DNA of 64,000 nucleotides from Squalus acanthias (lineage: Eukaryota): assembly GCA_030390025.1 (NCBI GenBank), contig CM059432.1, positions 19,656,001 to 19,720,000 on the forward strand. The letters run 5' to 3'. Under the pieces are notes generated by a model. It saw only the letters and a program-made list of their open reading frames with translations, was not told the DNA's origin and did not search any database. A program made the position numbers and the translations under genes. Of this stretch, positions 63,812-64,000 are shown piece by piece; within the stretch, counting starts at the first letter, position 1, and each line of letters starts with the position of its first letter.

Positions 63812-64000
63812 CTGAAAGCATAAAGGCACAAGACTCGCGTTCAGGTGAGGGCAGGAGGGCAGGAAGGGAGCAAGGAATGCAGACATTCTCAGGAGCTGGA
63901 AAGTGGGAAAGGCTTGTGGTATGAGGGGGAAGTGGGATGAGAGAAGGAGAGGGGCTGAAGATACCGTTGTTGCCCCCAAGGGGGTTGACGTTGCCGTGGG

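Larger units (their letters stand above)
60954..64000. mobile_element. Two-gene Harbinger transposon (runs off the window)
   Basis: Left end GGGGGAGAAATTGGG. Transposase on +, convergent ORF2 on -. Confidence 0.9.

Noticed and set aside
1..64000. Most short ORF-track entries (e.g. 2508-3035, 22031-22519, 48943-49470, 41226-41762)
   Set aside because: They are antisense or off-frame shadows of LINE and Harbinger coding sequence, or chance ORFs in GC-rich MITEs.
1..64000. CRISPR array, prokaryotic operon or retron-like system
   Set aside because: No regularly spaced repeat-spacer units were seen, and all RT sequences are eukaryotic non-LTR type.

Overview
Vertebrate genomic DNA, most likely from a cartilaginous fish (inferred from the SacSINE1/DeuSINE-type SINEs, the CR1 families and the shark-type Penelope repeats). 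No host protein-coding exon could be recognised. The window is a dense, nested transposon mosaic. It contains about a dozen CR1 LINE copies, one of them near full length with an esterase ORF1. There are also fragments of a second LINE family and of L2, six Deu-domain tRNA-SINEs, a 1.0-kb solo LTR and a Tigger-like MITE. PIF/Harbinger elements are represented by four coding-sequence-bearing copies and about a dozen MITEs. Four Penelope-like pLTR fragments carry minimal hammerhead ribozyme (HHR) motifs. The strongest observations are: (i) a TSD-flanked palindrome with one hammerhead core on each strand; (ii) two diverged Harbingers sharing the same transposase deletion, one retaining an almost intact 3-exon Myb/SANT gene; (iii) that element inserted exactly at a hammerhead GUU triplet; (iv) a recurrent CRE plus TATA-like module in Harbinger ends. 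All calls were made by eye, so boundaries are approximate unless a TSD or TIR is quoted.
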